Counted from the whole stretch's first letter, positions 37,657 to 51,487 are shown. The stretch: DNA of 63,611 bases, filler included, from Bigelowiella natans CCMP2755 (GCA_000320545.1; 6 parts of 6 records of this genome joined end to end with filler, not necessarily neighbours in it), one strand, 5' to 3'. The notes: generated by a model from the letters alone, not told the origin. Numbers and translations: made by a program.

Positions 37657-39732
37657 TCATCTTCTCTTATGCCTTCTTTTTTCCGCTGCTGCGGCAGATG
37701 CTGATTTGATTTGCGAGTGTTTGGAGTCGGCGGACCGCCCTCCCCCCGCTCCCCCGGATCTTACCCCCTTCTTTCTACTATCCCCCCCACCACTGCCGCT
37801 CTTTTTACCTCCAAGTTCCTCGTCTATTCTGAGCAGGGTCTTGCGGAAGTTGCCGATCTGTCGCGAGGAGTTGATAGCGTCCCATACCTTCGCTGCGGCG
37901 CCAAGCCAGTCTCGCTCCGTCATTCGATCATCGCGCTTCCGCGGCTTCGCCATCGTGTGTATCTGCCTCACGAGACCTCCGACCCCCACACTACGGATTA
38001 TATCGTCTAGAACCGTAGCAGAATCAGCGGTACAGGGGCCTCTACTGTCGTTGTCATCGTTTGCACTTTCGATGCAGCAGCCGTGACTGGTGCGGTCGCC
38101 ATTTTTGATGTCGTGGTTTGCAAGTTCATCTTCCTCCTGAGTCTGATTAGCGCTGCTGCTGCGCTGTTGTTCGTGCTGCTGCTGCTGCCATGGTAGACAG
38201 AAGAAGTTGATCTTTGCCTCCTGCTCCTCCTCCTCCTCCTCCCCCTCCTCCTTCGCTCCCAACTGCTGGCGTCGTTGTTGCTCTAGGTAAAGCAGGAACG
38301 ATTCGTTCGCTACGGTGACGGGGCGGCGTCGAAACACCGGAGATGCGGCGAAGAAGCGGTTTAGCGACTTGGAGAGAGCACGGAGGCCTTCTAGTGTAAG
38401 ATCAGCAGGAGCATCTGTGTACACAAAGACGATTTCGCCCCCTAAGAAATCTTCCACACTCGTCATAGCAGCCGCTGCAGTTGTGTTACTGTTTCTCACA
38501 CCACCTCCTCCTCCTCCTTCACCTCCTCCAACTTCCTCATTCCTCTCCCCCTTATCCTCTCCCTCCCTCATTGCCCCAGCCGTATTCGCGCCCTTCAGAA
38601 CCCTCGCTGTCTTAGCGGAGTCTGGGTTGAAATTCCGAATGGTGGTCGTCTGCGGCATGAATATGTTCGAGGAAGACGACGACAACGTGCCTTTGAGCAT
38701 CTCCGCAGTCTCGAGCAGGCGCCATAGCGGTAGTCGCTCGTCATCAAACGTCGCGCACACCAGAACTACGTGGCACACGCACATGAGAAACACCACCTGC
38801 TGAAGCGCGTGGAAGTCGAACAGCGTAGAGATGGAGGAGGATGCAGGGCAGGGCACGTCCTCTTCGATCATCTTAGCCAGAACGCTTGCGCTCAGGACGG
38901 GTTGCGTGTCCAGCAACACAACTCTCTCCTCAGTTACGTACGCCTGTATGCCTTCGGTGCAGTGCCGGCACCCACTCACATGATGCTCTAGCGACTGGCT
39001 CTTGAATAATGATGCTGATGGCGACGACGAGAATTGGGAGAGGAGGGTCGATTTGCCGCTCCCCTCTAGGCCTACAATACCGACGACCGTGAAATCGCTC
39101 TGCTTGAGGAGGAAACGCTCCAATTCCTCGCCCTGGAATGCGAATCGCTTCGATACGAGCGGGACCGGCTTGATACAGCGAGATGGTGCGGAGGAAGATG
39201 CAGTGGCGGATGATGAGATGGAGGAGGAAGGGAGGGATGCAGCGGTTGCTGCTACAGGAGTCGTCTTGGTTTTCGTCGTCGTCGTCGTTATCGTTGCGAC
39301 AGAATCTTCACCCTTTTTCTTCTTCTTTCTGCCGATCAGTTTTTCACCGATTATTTCTCCTGAGCGTGATGAAGAATAGCTAGAAGACGACAATGTTCCT
39401 TGGGTGGTCTGATCGGCCGGTCTGTGTTTGGTGGACCTCGAAGTGATGATGAGCTTCCTACGAGATGATGAAGAAGAATGCTGTTCCGCAGGCAGTTGCT
39501 GTGCATGTTGTGGTTGCTGCGGCCGTACTTTATCGTCACCAGTGTTGCGATCTTCTGTAGGTTGACGCATCATGATCGTAATCTTACGATCAGGCTTCTC
39601 TTTGTTGCTATGGTGATGGGCTAAAGGCCGAATGCTGGTTCCATCGTCGCTCGCATTCCCGACTCGCCTGCGCCCTCCGCGCCCCCGCCCTCCTCCTCTC
39701 CGCCGTCTACCCCTTGGTCCCCTGGAAACCAT
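37657..39732 (-). CDS. SMG9: SMG9 nonsense-mediated decay factor (P-loop G domain), intronless
   Basis: DFTVVGIVGLEGSGKSTLLS, HCTEGIQAYVTEERVVLLDTQPVLSASVL, LQQVVFLMCVCHVVLV, RLLETAEMLK and MTERDWLGAAAKVWDAINSS follow the SMG9 motif order. Confidence 0.9.
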   Translation of the reverse strand: MVSRGPRGRRRRGGGRGRGGRRRVGNASDDGTSIRPLAHHHSNKEKPDRKITIMMRQPTEDRNTGDDKVRPQQPQHAQQLPAEQHSSSSSRRKLIITSRSTKHRPADQTTQGTLSSSSYSSSRSGEIIGEKLIGRKKKKKGEDSVATITTTTTKTKTTPVAATAASLPSSSISSSATASSSAPSRCIKPVPLVSKRFAFQGEELERFLLKQSDFTVVGIVGLEGSGKSTLLSQFSSSPSASLFKSQSLEHHVSGCRHCTEGIQAYVTEERVVLLDTQPVLSASVLAKMIEEDVPCPASSSISTLFDFHALQQVVFLMCVCHVVLVCATFDDERLPLWRLLETAEMLKGTLSSSSSNIFMPQTTTIRNFNPDSAKTARVLKGANTAGAMREGEDKGERNEEVGGGEGGGGGGVRNSNTTAAAAMTSVEDFLGGEIVFVYTDAPADLTLEGLRALSKSLNRFFAASPVFRRRPVTVANESFLLYLEQQRRQQLGAKEEGEEEEEEQEAKINFFCLPWQQQQHEQQRSSSANQTQEEDELANHDIKNGDRTSHGCCIESANDDNDSRGPCTADSATVLDDIIRSVGVGGLVRQIHTMAKPRKRDDRMTERDWLGAAAKVWDAINSSRQIGNFRKTLLRIDEELGGKKSGSGGGDSRKKGVRSGGAGGGRSADSKHSQIKSASAAAAEKRRHKRR

Positions 39733-40100
39733 AATTGGCCGCTAGGCGAAGGGCAGATCGGCAACGTGAGGGAATGGGCGACGAGGACGGGAGAGAGGAG
39801 CGCTGCAGGGGCTTCTTCTGTCGTGTCGGCAAATGAAGTTTTCCTCTCACGAACAAACGCCTCGTATTCACGAGAAACACGGGGAAATACAAGGCGATTT
39901 CTACGTAAAGACATCGACAAAGGCTTGACGCCAGAAAGAACTCTTCGGGGATCTGTGCACCAGACGACGCTTACCCACTAAGGCAGTTTGTCGTGTCGCA
40001 TGCGCAAAATACCACTGTATTTTATTCAGAATGCCTCAAATGCCCAAATCCCAGTTTTCCCCCCACCTGTTTGTGCCCCGGAGAAACGAAGAAAAAGGCT

Positions 40101-41507
40101 ATGGAGGACTACGACATCGACTCCAAGCATGATGTGGTATTCGCAAAAAAGGGAAGAGGGAGTTTCTATCTTGTGATATCTTGACGAAGATCTTGCACCA
40201 TCTTGCAGGTACTGAGAACGTTAAAGACTGTCGTGATCAACAAGGTGTTGTTCTGGCGTATCTTCAGCTATGATCCCGAGCAGGGAAAACCGGATTTCGA
40301 CAAATTGTGTGATGTTTCGCTTGAGGAAATACCAAAACTTGCCAAGGCAATCCCCTATACCCTAAACTTTCTTCCCTTAGTAGTCACAGTCAAAGGCGAT
40401 TGACAAATTCTTTATCATTTCAATCTTTTTTTTTGAAATTGATATTAATATCTCATTCGTCTCAACGTTTCTACTCTATGGGCCGTCACATATCATCTGA
40501 TATTTACACACACACACATACACACACACTCACATATGTAAAAATATATGTGTGTATGGATTTGTCGCAATATCTTACACGTATGTACACGATCTCACTG
40601 TACCATCATTATGCAGGGTGCGACCCGTGTTCACATCCGCAGTCTAAACGACCAAAAATGCCATGTCACTTCAAAGCCAGGGACAGACCCCATACTTCGC
40701 CTAAGACAAGGCAAAAACTAAGCAACGAATCGAGAATGGATGAGAAAGAGAGGAGTGAGAGAGAGCAGGAGAGTGTATTTTTAGATATTACGAGATCTAT
40801 TTATCGATTCCTTTGTCATTCATCGCTCTATCTGTATTCCACTCATCACTGTCCCTATCTTGCACGCACTGTCCTAGGCTTGAGTATGAATTTGCGAGTG
40901 AATGGCGACGGGATCACAAAAGACGCCGTGAATCAACTTTGGGAAGGCCCACCCTCAGCAATCGAGCACATGTAGCGTCATCGCAGTGAGCAAATAGATG
41001 AATGTTGAAATGCCGCACGCAGAATTGATGATAAAAATAACTCCACTTCGACGACGTGGTGTTGCAGAGCCTGAGTACCCCTATGCTGCTCATTTTTCCG
41101 ATCATCAATCTTTGTAATTTTACCTTTTGAATTATGCAATGTGCTTATCTTCTCTTCTGTTGACCAAGGCTTGGGGCGGCCGACCCAGAATCTAACCATG
41201 CGATTAGCTACTCGTTCTATCACGCATCAGAGAACGCTAATGGTCCTCCCCCCCCCCCCTTCCCGGAAAAATTGGAGCACGAATTCAAAAGGGATATATT
41301 TCAAAACAGTATAAAAGATGTTGTGATAGTTACATTGGGGGGAATTTTAATTGAGTCTTGGAACACCTTATTGTTACTTATCTATATATGTGAGGACTAA
41401 ACTTGGGTGCGACGATGTATAAATTACGATAGGTTTGCATATCATCAACAAGATTTGCTGCGGATGGCGGTTTGGCAAGGTAACATCATTCACATCGGAA
41501 ATCTCTG

Positions 41508-41557
<50 letters not shown>

Positions 41558-41689
41558 CTCCCCCCCTTGTCCTCTCCTACCCTTTTCTCTTTGTCCGTGT
41601 GGAAGGAAGCGTAGACAAATCCTATCATTACATGACATCGGGTGTTTAACATACTGCAGCTCCATCAACGCAGCTAAATACCACCAATG

Positions 41690-41721
<32 letters not shown>

Positions 41722-43761
41722 TACACATACACGTACACGCACACACTCACACGTATAAAGAGAGAGGGGCAAGAAGAATAACGACCTTCGTTTGCCAATT
41801 GATCTTGCAGAGAAACGCAATCGAGATATATTTGGATTCTGCACCGAAGGTGGTGCGGAAGCTGGGGTACGAGGCAGAGCGAAAGCGCGGGGAGACGCTG
41901 GGAGGCACCCCAAAGGTAGTACGTTCTCAACCACACCGCTGCATACAGTCTCGGGACGATGCATGCGTTCGTATGTGTGAATGGAGTTGTTCTATATTTC
42001 CCCTGTACGGCTACTATCTTGCTTGAATGTCATCGTAATCGTCGAGCGTCTTCTCCCAATCAAGTACGTCGCGACTGTATTTAATGTGCTTGCTCGCTTG
42101 GTTTTGGGTGTCATCGTCGTCGTCGTCGTCGTCGTCGTCAGCGGGCAGTCGAGGAGCTTCAAGAGGAGATCGAGTCCTTTCGCCACGAGGGCTTGGAGTG
42201 CTATGTAGCATTTGAGAAGACAAAATGCAAAATCCAGGTACCACTTCTTCTTGTTGTCGCCTTCTCGATGCTCTGGTAACACCGCTGAAATTTGTTGTTG
42301 CTGCTGCTGTTATCCCCCCCCTGCCTCACAGGAGTCTATTGGCAAAGTTTCGAAGCTGTCACCAGCGTTCATTAGCGAGAAGTTGTCCGACGCTCGCAAG
42401 GCTGCCGAGAGCGCAATGCATCCGTCTTTGTGTCTAGATCAGGTAGTGAGGGTTGCCTGTGCCTTTCGCACTTACAGTATACGCTGAAGCCAAGATACCT
42501 ACTCCCAAAAATATTTGTAGGTAATCAGCTCAATGAACGAGCTCGATGCGACGCTTAAGGCGTACCGACGGTGAGGAAAACAACAACCGTCTTAAGGCCA
42601 GAGAATGGAAGAAACTGCTCGATATTATAATATCATTATTGTTGTTATTATTCGTTATGTGTGAAACATCTGATCGAAGAGAGAGAAGAAGAATTGGGGC
42701 TTCGTTACATATCCTACGATAACGAGACCAACCATAACTGTCGTCGCACCTTTGAGATTCACCTTTGCATTCACGAAACAATTACCAAATCCACCCATTC
42801 TCTCTCCCCCCCTCCCACTTCCCCCTCCGTTATTTTGCCTTGTGTTAGGTACGGGAAGGTACTAGCATCATGCACACTTCATATACCACCACCAAGCTTC
42901 TGAATTTTATAAAAACGTTCTTTCGCACCAAAATTTACGCACGCACTCATGAACAGCACCGTTTTCCCGTCTTCCCCTCATTATCTCATCTGATAAATGG
43001 CGCAGGAGCTGAAAGACTTCAAGGACCAGACAGTTAAGACGCACGTGATGATGGAGCATATGCGCTTGTTGCTTCTAGAGAGCATGAAGAAGGTGATGAC
43101 CAAACAGATCACACCCCTCCAACCCTCCCCCCTCAAAAAAATAAGCGTTTCCCTCCTCTAAAATTTGGCGGTGCTGAAGCAGGAGAAGTTTTTCTTTCCG
43201 TCATCATCATCATATTAACATCATCATCATCATCACCATCATCACCATCATTCGGAGCAGGACAGGGTATAAAGAATATGTGATTGAATAGATAAATCAC
43301 CCATGCCTGTGCACCTACTCTAAGTCCTCATGGCGACTTTATCGTAAACTATATAACCTCACCTCCCCCCGTCCCCTGACCCCTACTACATTAAATGAAA
43401 GATACCCAAGCTATCTAAAGAGGGGCTGCAGGCTAAAATTGATGACGCACACACAAACGCTAAAAAGTTTCTTGAGCCCTCTCTCACGACTAACCAGCAG
43501 CGGGTAAATTGGTGGACCTTTCTTCGTGTTACTTTCTACACGTGTTGTTGTTGTTTGCCTGCCGTGAAAAGGCAGGCAATATGGAAAAAGAAGGATGCTA
43601 TCATCCACCGCCCCTCCTAATAATTGCCACCATACCATACCCCCCTAGATGCTGCTGAAGGACCTTAACGAGGCGATCGCTGCCTACAATGAGCAGGGGG
43701 AGGTCCGTGCTGTATATTACATATACTGGATGTGATTTTAATGATGACTATTATGACGATT

Positions 43762-43797
<36 letters not shown>

Positions 43798-44697
43798 TGC
43801 TGGTGGAGATGGTGGATATGTGGGTGCGTCCACCGAATAATGTCGTTGATAACTCTTTGTTGCTTACTTGCTTTCGGCATTTTCGCACTAGCTTTCACGT
43901 CGTATTATCGTGAAATCATCGTCATCGTCGTCGCTACTTGCGACCTACCTTTTCCTATAACCAACCGGCAGCTTTTCACTTCCTTCTCTTTTTTGCTTTC
44001 TTCAGCGTCTGGAGATGTTGACCAGTAAATACGATCTTCCGCTCCGCTTTAATCTGGGGGAGCAGGTGCTGCATATATAACAGGGAAGAAGGGGAGGATG
44101 AGATGGGAGGAAACCCGTTTCACTCCATTTTGCTACTCCGTGCGTTGTCTTTCGTCAGCTGTGTTGTTGTCTGTAAATTATTGAGTGTGTGTCATGAAGA
44201 TGGCGACGACAACGACCGAAAACGGAAGATACTCATGTGCATTGATGATGAATATAGCCACCATACCAGCAGCACTCCATTTCTCTCAGTCTCCCTCGCA
44301 CCGCGTACTACTCCCTCTCTAGGTCGCAGTGAACGTGAAAGGTCGATGGAAGACAGGCATCATTCGTAAGCTATGGAAGCTCGGATATCCTTACGCGGTG
44401 CTGCTGCCTAAGACGCGCAAGCTGGTATGGGTTGCAGAAGATTCGGATGCTGAAATCCGCGACGTGCGAAGCTACAATAGTGGCCTCAACGGAGGCCCCA
44501 ACCTCACCATCGGCAGCAGGACCAGCATCAATTACAGAGGCAGTCGTCGCGGAAGTCCTGGCGAAGAGCGGCCGCGCGCCAGCAGCCGTGGAACGGACGG
44601 GGGGGGGAGCACTCGGGCGTACCAGAGCATCATGTCGGTGGACCGTCCTGCGCACACAATGGGTGACGACGCCTACGCCGACGCGACAGCATCATAA
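40101..44697 (+). CDS. Unknown multi-exon protein with C-terminal LRF-G..W..G..PY..D.D..IR small beta domain
   Basis: At least 12 splice-bounded exons from MEDYDIDSKHDV; 3' exons LPLRFNLGEQ|VAVNVKGRWKTGIIRKLWKLGYPYAVLLPKTRKLVWVAEDSDAEIR. May be more than one gene. Confidence 0.55.
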
Positions 44698-45540
44698 TTA
44701 TTATAATGTTGTAGTGGGAGCAGTCCTGTTGAGTCTACCAAGCGTATATAATCAAACAGCTGTACTCGGGCCATATCTGGCACAGGTGCTAGAGTCAGCA
44801 GCACAAGAGCAGCGCAGCAGCTATCAAACGTGCGCTAGCGTGGAACAATTGGTATTCTAGTATTGTTCGCATGGCTACGATATATGCACTTTACTGCGTA
44901 CGTGTGTTAGAGCATATGGAGAGGGCGTGTTACATGTATATCTCACTAGCTAGCTAGGCGGATTCGATCTGACTGTGATGTACATGAAACATCTAGATGT
45001 GTTGCATCTGGATATGTACGAAGAGCATTGTTGCCGTGCAGCGATCATCTAGATTGAAATTTAATTTTGAGCTGCGCGATCTACAAAGATGCATGTATTA
45101 CGAGATCAAGGCGTGACTCCCTGAATGGTGCGATTTGGTGCCAACCCTACTACAGCATGATATACACCTATAATATATGGACTTAGGATTTTGATTTCTT
45201 CTCTGTCGCGTGATCATAAAAGTTCAACTATTGGGTGCAGCATCGCTGCATGGCTAGCTAGCTAGACTAGTAGATTGTACTAGTGTAGCCTGCTTATCTA
45301 GAAAAACCAGCATTTAATGTTACATATTTTCCTTACCGAGACATGTTAAAAACGTTTCTCATCATGTAATATCTTTTAAGGGTGAGTTGCCGGTATTCTT
45401 GATATCATCCGCCATTCTTTCCTGGTGTTGTGATGGAGCGGCGCAACCCTGTTGCTCCTTTCGCTGTTGGCGGCTATCCTTGCTAACAGGAAGGACGCGT
45501 TCACATGCTATAAGTATCACCGATTTCACAATTTTGTGCG

Positions 45541-46455
45541 TCATCCCCGTCGAAAAATCCTGTCGAGCACGTCTGCAGCAACAGGAGTGTTTAGAAGTAT
45601 ATATGGGTCGTATGCGTTTAGAACAGGCACTATATCCTCGGAAAATCAGCATTTCTGCAGTTATCATATACGATTATCACATACGTTCGTCAGTATTTCC
45701 ACTACCTCGCTGGGTCTAGAAAACATGCGGACAGTGCTAGCGGTTGCTGCAGAGGCGTCTCTTTGAAGAAGCTGAGGCGCACGGAGCGGAGGCCTTTACC
45801 TTTTCCCACGATGGTCTCCCCCTTCGCATACCTGCATCATTTTGGTCAAAAACAAAGCATCTTAAAATCAGGAAGAATTAGTGCATAGGTTTGAATTATA
45901 AACAAGACTAGCAATGGAGCGTTCTCGTTCTTGATGAAACAGGTTTGGTACATCTCGTCCTAATATAGGGATAAAAGATTGGGGCGATATGAGATGATGT
46001 GTCAGTTTTAATGTATTTGTAGTATTTCATAAAGGAATAATACTTTATTTTGTTTGTTTTTTTCGGAGGAGTCACCACTGACAGCTAATAAAGATGACAA
46101 ACAAGCAGGACATTATCTTCTGCACGGAACAGACCATTTCACACCAGAAACGATTTTAGGTTCATGGATATTCATTTCTTAGAAGGAATTCGAGCCTACG
46201 TTTTCTACCTGTCTGAGAGGCCGGCAAAGATTACCTTTGGGGTACTCGTTTTGAAGATTAAGGCCACCTCGAAGCCATCCTACATTAAAATATTTTCTGG
46301 CGATGTTTTCAAGGAGAACGCCAACGGACGAAATCATCACGCACCGAGTTGCCACTCAGCACGACAAGTTTTGGTAACTCAATAAATTTCAGCAAATCCT
46401 CGCCCTCATCTTCCACAAGGTGCCGCATCAACGACGTTCCCTCTCTATTCTCCAT
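45541..46455 (-). CDS. Possible small multi-exon gene, unknown product
   Basis: MENREGTSLMRHLVEDEGEDLLKFIELPKLVVLSGNS| followed by several short AG/GT-bounded segments; frame linkage unresolved. Confidence 0.3.
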
Positions 46456-46993
46456 CTACACCAGAGCACGGGTTTTGAGGCCACGCTTGCTGCTCCTACA
46501 CGAGTCTGATTTGTTTGTCGCAGGCATGAAATAGAACCCGTTCTCCCGATGAATTTTGAACATAAAACGCGGTCTGGTTTCCTCATCCGGCAGCTGTTTT
46601 TGCAAGTCGCAGCCTTGAATTAGGGCTCGGAAGGAAGTCTGAAACGAAAAATTTGGATCATCTTCGGGTTTTTCACACGAATCCCGGGCCTATCCAATGA
46701 GGGCTGTCGAGTGCAGTTTCGGAACTGTCACAGGTCACGTAATTGTCTCTAATCGTAGATGTGAAAAGGGATCGAATTTGCAGCTGCGACAGCCAACCGC
46801 CGATGATCCCATTTCTAACCCATACTCGTTCATGGCGATTGAACGTCGGCCGTAGGGCGCCGGGCCAGTGGGACTTGGCACACTCGGCGCGAACGCTGGT
46901 TCCGTACGCGCAATATAGTATAGTTAATACTCGTGAGTGGTGCGTATTTTTTGGTAATATTGTAATTTCGACAACAAATAGGGATCCTGACTA

Positions 46994-48641
46994 ATGGATA
47001 AGGACGGCAAAGAATCTCCTCTTGACCCCGACGCTCAGAAGCATGGGACTATCAAGCCTGGACTTCAAAATGCTGAGGAGAACGCTGGTACAGAAGGATT
47101 GCTTGTATCTTTCTTCCCTACGAATTATAAATCATCATCCGCATATATGCAGTGTCGCATACTATTCGAAAAAAACACGCTTGATCGACGTCGATGACGG
47201 AAAATTTGCATACAACGTCTTATAACATTCCTCTTGTCCGACACATACGAATTCTTAGGCACTCATCAGGCAGCGAAACTTGTTCCAGGTGCATAAGATG
47301 AAGATTGTCGTAGAAACCTGTCACTCTTTCCCTTGGTTTTGTTGCAGAAAATGGTTCTTCTAATTTTTCCTAATCTCTTCCTGTTTAGCTTCCGAACGAT
47401 GCGCCATTGTTGGCACTTACGTGTTCGTATCTATATTTCATACCACCCCCCTTCCAAAGGTTCGAAGGTCAAGGTGGTAGGGCTGAAGAACTTTCCCAAG
47501 TACAATGGAATGCTCGGAATCATTACCGCTGAAAAATCACTTTTCTGGGCCGTGACACTCTGCAATGGTGCTATCATCATGTTTTTCCTCAACGCCATAC
47601 CGGCTCATCAACCTTCTCGCACCGCCTCTCTAACGCTTGCCAATGTGTTATTTCACTTCGAAGGTCTAAACACAACGATTCGCCTTCGCCCTGAAAACAT
47701 CAATATTCTGGAGCAAGCTGAGGAAGAAGAGCTAATGAGGAATGTGCCGGAAATTGCTACCCCTGAGGTGAGGAAAAGGACATTTTAGATAGGATGAATA
47801 ACTTTAATGCCAAGCAGGTCTTTTCTCACCTCGCGGTTGTATATCATCAGCAAAACGCGTGTGATTGGTCTCAGGAACCTATCAAAAAGCAAGAGCGAAA
47901 GAGGTGTTCGAACGGAGAGCCGCCTCCTGAATATTTGGCCAAGTTTCAAGCAGAAATTGATCGGTGCGTGCATTTGTGTTGTCGCGCATCCGCTTGCGCG
48001 CCATTTATACAGGATTGCTAGAACATAAATATTTTTGGATGAATTTGAGTAGTTCCATAATTCCTTTCCAGTTTATCTCGACAGCTCGGCCATGCGAATA
48101 AGGCAAAAGAACAAGCAGAGAAAGAAAAAATGCAAGTAATGTTTATAATTTGTAAATATTGATAAACGTGCGCGCGTGTGTGTCTGCGTGAGTTTGGGAG
48201 TTTGTGTGTAACCAGTTGTAACTATATTCATCCAGATCGCAAATGAAAAGAATCATCTTAAGGAAGAGAAAAGATAGCATATAACACACTGGTGTGTAGA
48301 TTTTTGTGTGGAACAGGGTTGTGCGTGCGTGTGTATTTGTGTGTGCTAATATTGCGCATGATGTCAGCCGAGTTGTTTGTACGTTTTCCCGTTTTGTAAA
48401 TTTGAAAAGGCCTCAAAGCTAGAGGAGTCAGTCGAGCTGAACAAGAGTGCGAAAAGTATGGCTAAGGAAAGGGGAGAGCTGGAGAAGAAGCTAAAAAAAG
48501 CCAATAAAGACCTAGACGACCTCAAGCAGGAGTAATTATGACATTCATTAGTAGTTATAGCTGGAATGCTGACCGTCTTAGTGTGCTGTGAGAGACGTGC
48601 CATAAAAGCACGGCATACACACACACACACACACACACACA

Positions 48642-48675
<34 letters not shown>

Positions 48676-49327
48676 CCATCTCCTTGCTTACATCAACACG
48701 ACGCCTATAAGGTACGAGGAGAGGTTGGAAGCTTTGCTGAATGACCAGAAATTGACAAAGGCATCGCAAGCGGAAATGAAAAGAAAACTCCAAGAAATGA
48801 TGGATGAGAAAGAAAAAGCAGAGGAGGCGCACATGGCTTCTGAAGCTGTCAGTGTTGATCTTGCATGCCCATCGTTGTCATGCTGTGGTCTAGTCTTCGC
48901 CTCCAACATTGCATCCTGTCTTTGTGAGAATAATGCCAGGACACACACACACACACGCACACACGCACACGCCTAAACGAGCGCGCGCGCGCGCACGCGA
49001 CACCTTCAGAGAAACGGTTTTATCATTGAAAACCTATTCGTTCGGCATGAAAACGTGCATTCGCATGATGGCCAATGGCCATTGACGAAATAATGTTGTG
49101 ATGAGCAGGCCCTGAACGACTCGATAGAAGCTATGCGTCAGAGAGGGGTAAAGATCCATCAGGGGTTTGTACAAAAAATTTTCCAGGCGGAAAGTTAACA
49201 GAATCCGGGAATAAAAATGGCCGCCCCCGAGATGGAGAAAGGGCGGAAGGAGGTGAGTAATGGGTATTGGGGGAATCATGGAACCCCCCCCCGCCAAGAT
49301 AAGGGCTGCATTGGAGAAAAAAAACAA

Positions 49328-49359
<32 letters not shown>

Positions 49360-49648
49360 GTGGGGGGGTTGGGGGGGGGGAGGCAAAATATCTCAAAATC
49401 GAGCGCATGGAGACATAGTGCTAATCATCGATTATGTGCAATACACTTGCTTTAGTATATTTGTTGTAGCTGCTTCTCATGATATCACTTTGCGGCGTCG
49501 TCACAGATATGGGAGTATTGCTTGTAAAGAAGATCTTGAGCACTGTGTACATATGCGATGATGATTTTCCTGCAGGCGGAAGCTCAGCTTCAGAAGGTGA
49601 AGGATGACAAAAACGAGGAGCTGCAGTTGCTCAGAGACCAGCTCAAAA
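46994..49648 (+). CDS. Coiled-coil protein with N-terminal SH3-like G.V.V.GL..P.YNG..G domain, 3' end cut by gap
   Basis: GSKVKVVGLKNFPKYNGMLGII..WAVTLCN|GLNTTIRLRPENI, then heptad-rich exons (ELEKKLKKANKDLDDLKQE|YEERLEALL..EMKRKLQEMMDEKEKAE). Confidence 0.65.
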
Positions 49649-49997
49649 GTGAGAAGGAGGGGCTCACCGAAGATACTTGGCGGCTCTATCTGGAAGTACT
49701 TTAGAGCTTCCCAGCAATATCTATTCACGTATCTTTTTGTCGCGTATCAAGGAAGGGGGAGAGGTGCGTTTGTATAGCTCATCATCATCATCATCATCTT
49801 CTTCTTCTTCTTCTTCTTCCAAACCAATCAGTCCAACGAATCTATACATGGTGGTATGTTGATGTCGCTGGATCCCTCCCCCCCCTCTCCCCCTTGTCGA
49901 TGTTGGTGTTGCTGCTGCTGCTGTAAGGCCTGGTTTTCCCGTGGTCCGTGAAAACATTGCCAGCAGATTTGTCCGATACAACATGAGAAGGGGCTGC

Positions 49998-50097
49998 NNN
50001 NNNNNNNNNNNNNNNNNNNNNNNNNNNNNNNNNNNNNNNNNTTAATTAATTAANNNNNNNNNNNNNNNNNNNNNNNNNNNNNNNNNNNNNNNNNNNN
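49998..50097. other. Assembly spacer
   Basis: 44N-TTAATTAATTAA-44N. Confidence 0.98.
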
Positions 50098-50114
50098 TAT
50101 GAGCAGCACTATAG

Positions 50115-50650
50115 ATTTCGCACTTCAAAATCCCGCAGCACATCATTTTCTACGAGGGTTTCGATAAGGTGGGAGGAGGAGGAGGAGGAGGAGGAGGAGG
50201 AGGAGGAGGAGGCACTTGCGCGAGCACAGCCGGCACTTGATATCATTAATAAAGCGCCTTCGTCCTCGTATACAGCATAGCGTGCGTTTTGTGTGTATAT
50301 ATGTACAGGGTAGGGAGAGGGGGGGTATATGAGAGTGAGTGTGATGCCACGAACCGATGTTTTGTGTACGCGATGATGAACATTTATGATCACTAGATAA
50401 GATTAAGATCATTGGTAAGTCGTTGGCGTTGTCCCAATGGTTTCTGCTTTGCCTTATCTCGAGCGATGTGTTCCCACAGCATGATGACATTTTTGGTTCG
50501 GTCGCAATCGACGATTTCTGGATTGAGTGTTTCTCTTGGCTATTTTGCCGCACGCCGCCGCATGTACAACAGGTCAAGACCGTGACGGGAAAGGTCATGA
50601 AGAAGAATTTGAGGGAAATTGCTCGTGACAAACTAGGCATCAGCAAGTGA
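50115..50650 (+). CDS. AMP-binding acyl-CoA synthetase (ACSF2-like), last two exons
   Basis: ISHFKIPQHIIFYEGFDK|VKTVTGKVMKKNLREIARDKLGISK* matches the AMP-binding C-terminal K.P..I.F....T.TGK..K..LRE motif. Confidence 0.8.
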
Positions 50651-50862
50651 TGCGAAAAAGCGATGTTTTTTTTATGTTGTGTGGTTATATGCATGCGCTG
50701 GTCCCCAGTCTTGGAATATTTTGATAAATCTCTGACTTTCCGTTTTACCCATCAATCCATGCATTTTCTGCATCTGAACATAGCGATGCTGCACGGTCAA
50801 GCGCTGACTGTTTAGAATCCTGTTGCTGGTGTAATAGACACAGTAATAGAATAATATACATA

Positions 50863-50901
<39 letters not shown>

Positions 50902-51487
50902 AATACATATATTTATTTATTTATGTACATATTATATTGCGTATGTCTGTCATTGCTAGATTGGTGATTTGCAAGCTAGTGGCCACAATTATGCAACTGT
51001 GCAACCAAATTGGCGAACATTTCTAGATTTGTTGTGGATTCAAGCTAGCTGGGCACTCAGCATTTTAAGCCATATTGTAGAATGATGTCGCAATTGCAGG
51101 TAGCATCGAGTCAGTGCGCTGCTGTGTGTCGGTGCAAATGTGCATGTGTGCATTAGCATGCATGCTATCTACGACGCTAGGCACATCTCGTTCCAAGCAG
51201 CAATGCATCACACGGGGAGCACACAATGCGAGCGGACGAAAGACGTAGAAATACATGCTCATGAGCAATATCAAGTCTAACACACATGTTAGAAACCCAG
51301 CTAGGCATGGCATCGTTACATTAGGATGACTATTGATGGAATGTAATTTATTTAATCATACTATACATCCGACTCGTATGTTGAGAAAGCAGCATCACAA
51401 GCACAGCAGTCTTGTTCGCGCGCGACACACAAAATGAATGCGTCGAGCAGTGGCTCATCATTATCATCATCATCATCATCATCATCA

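Noticed and set aside
48236-48275. Possible GA donor (AAG|GAAGAG) and several GC donors (27479, 40347, 40711, 41874)
   Set aside because: Not demonstrated: in most cases a GT alternative or exon skipping keeps the frame; needs RNA-seq.
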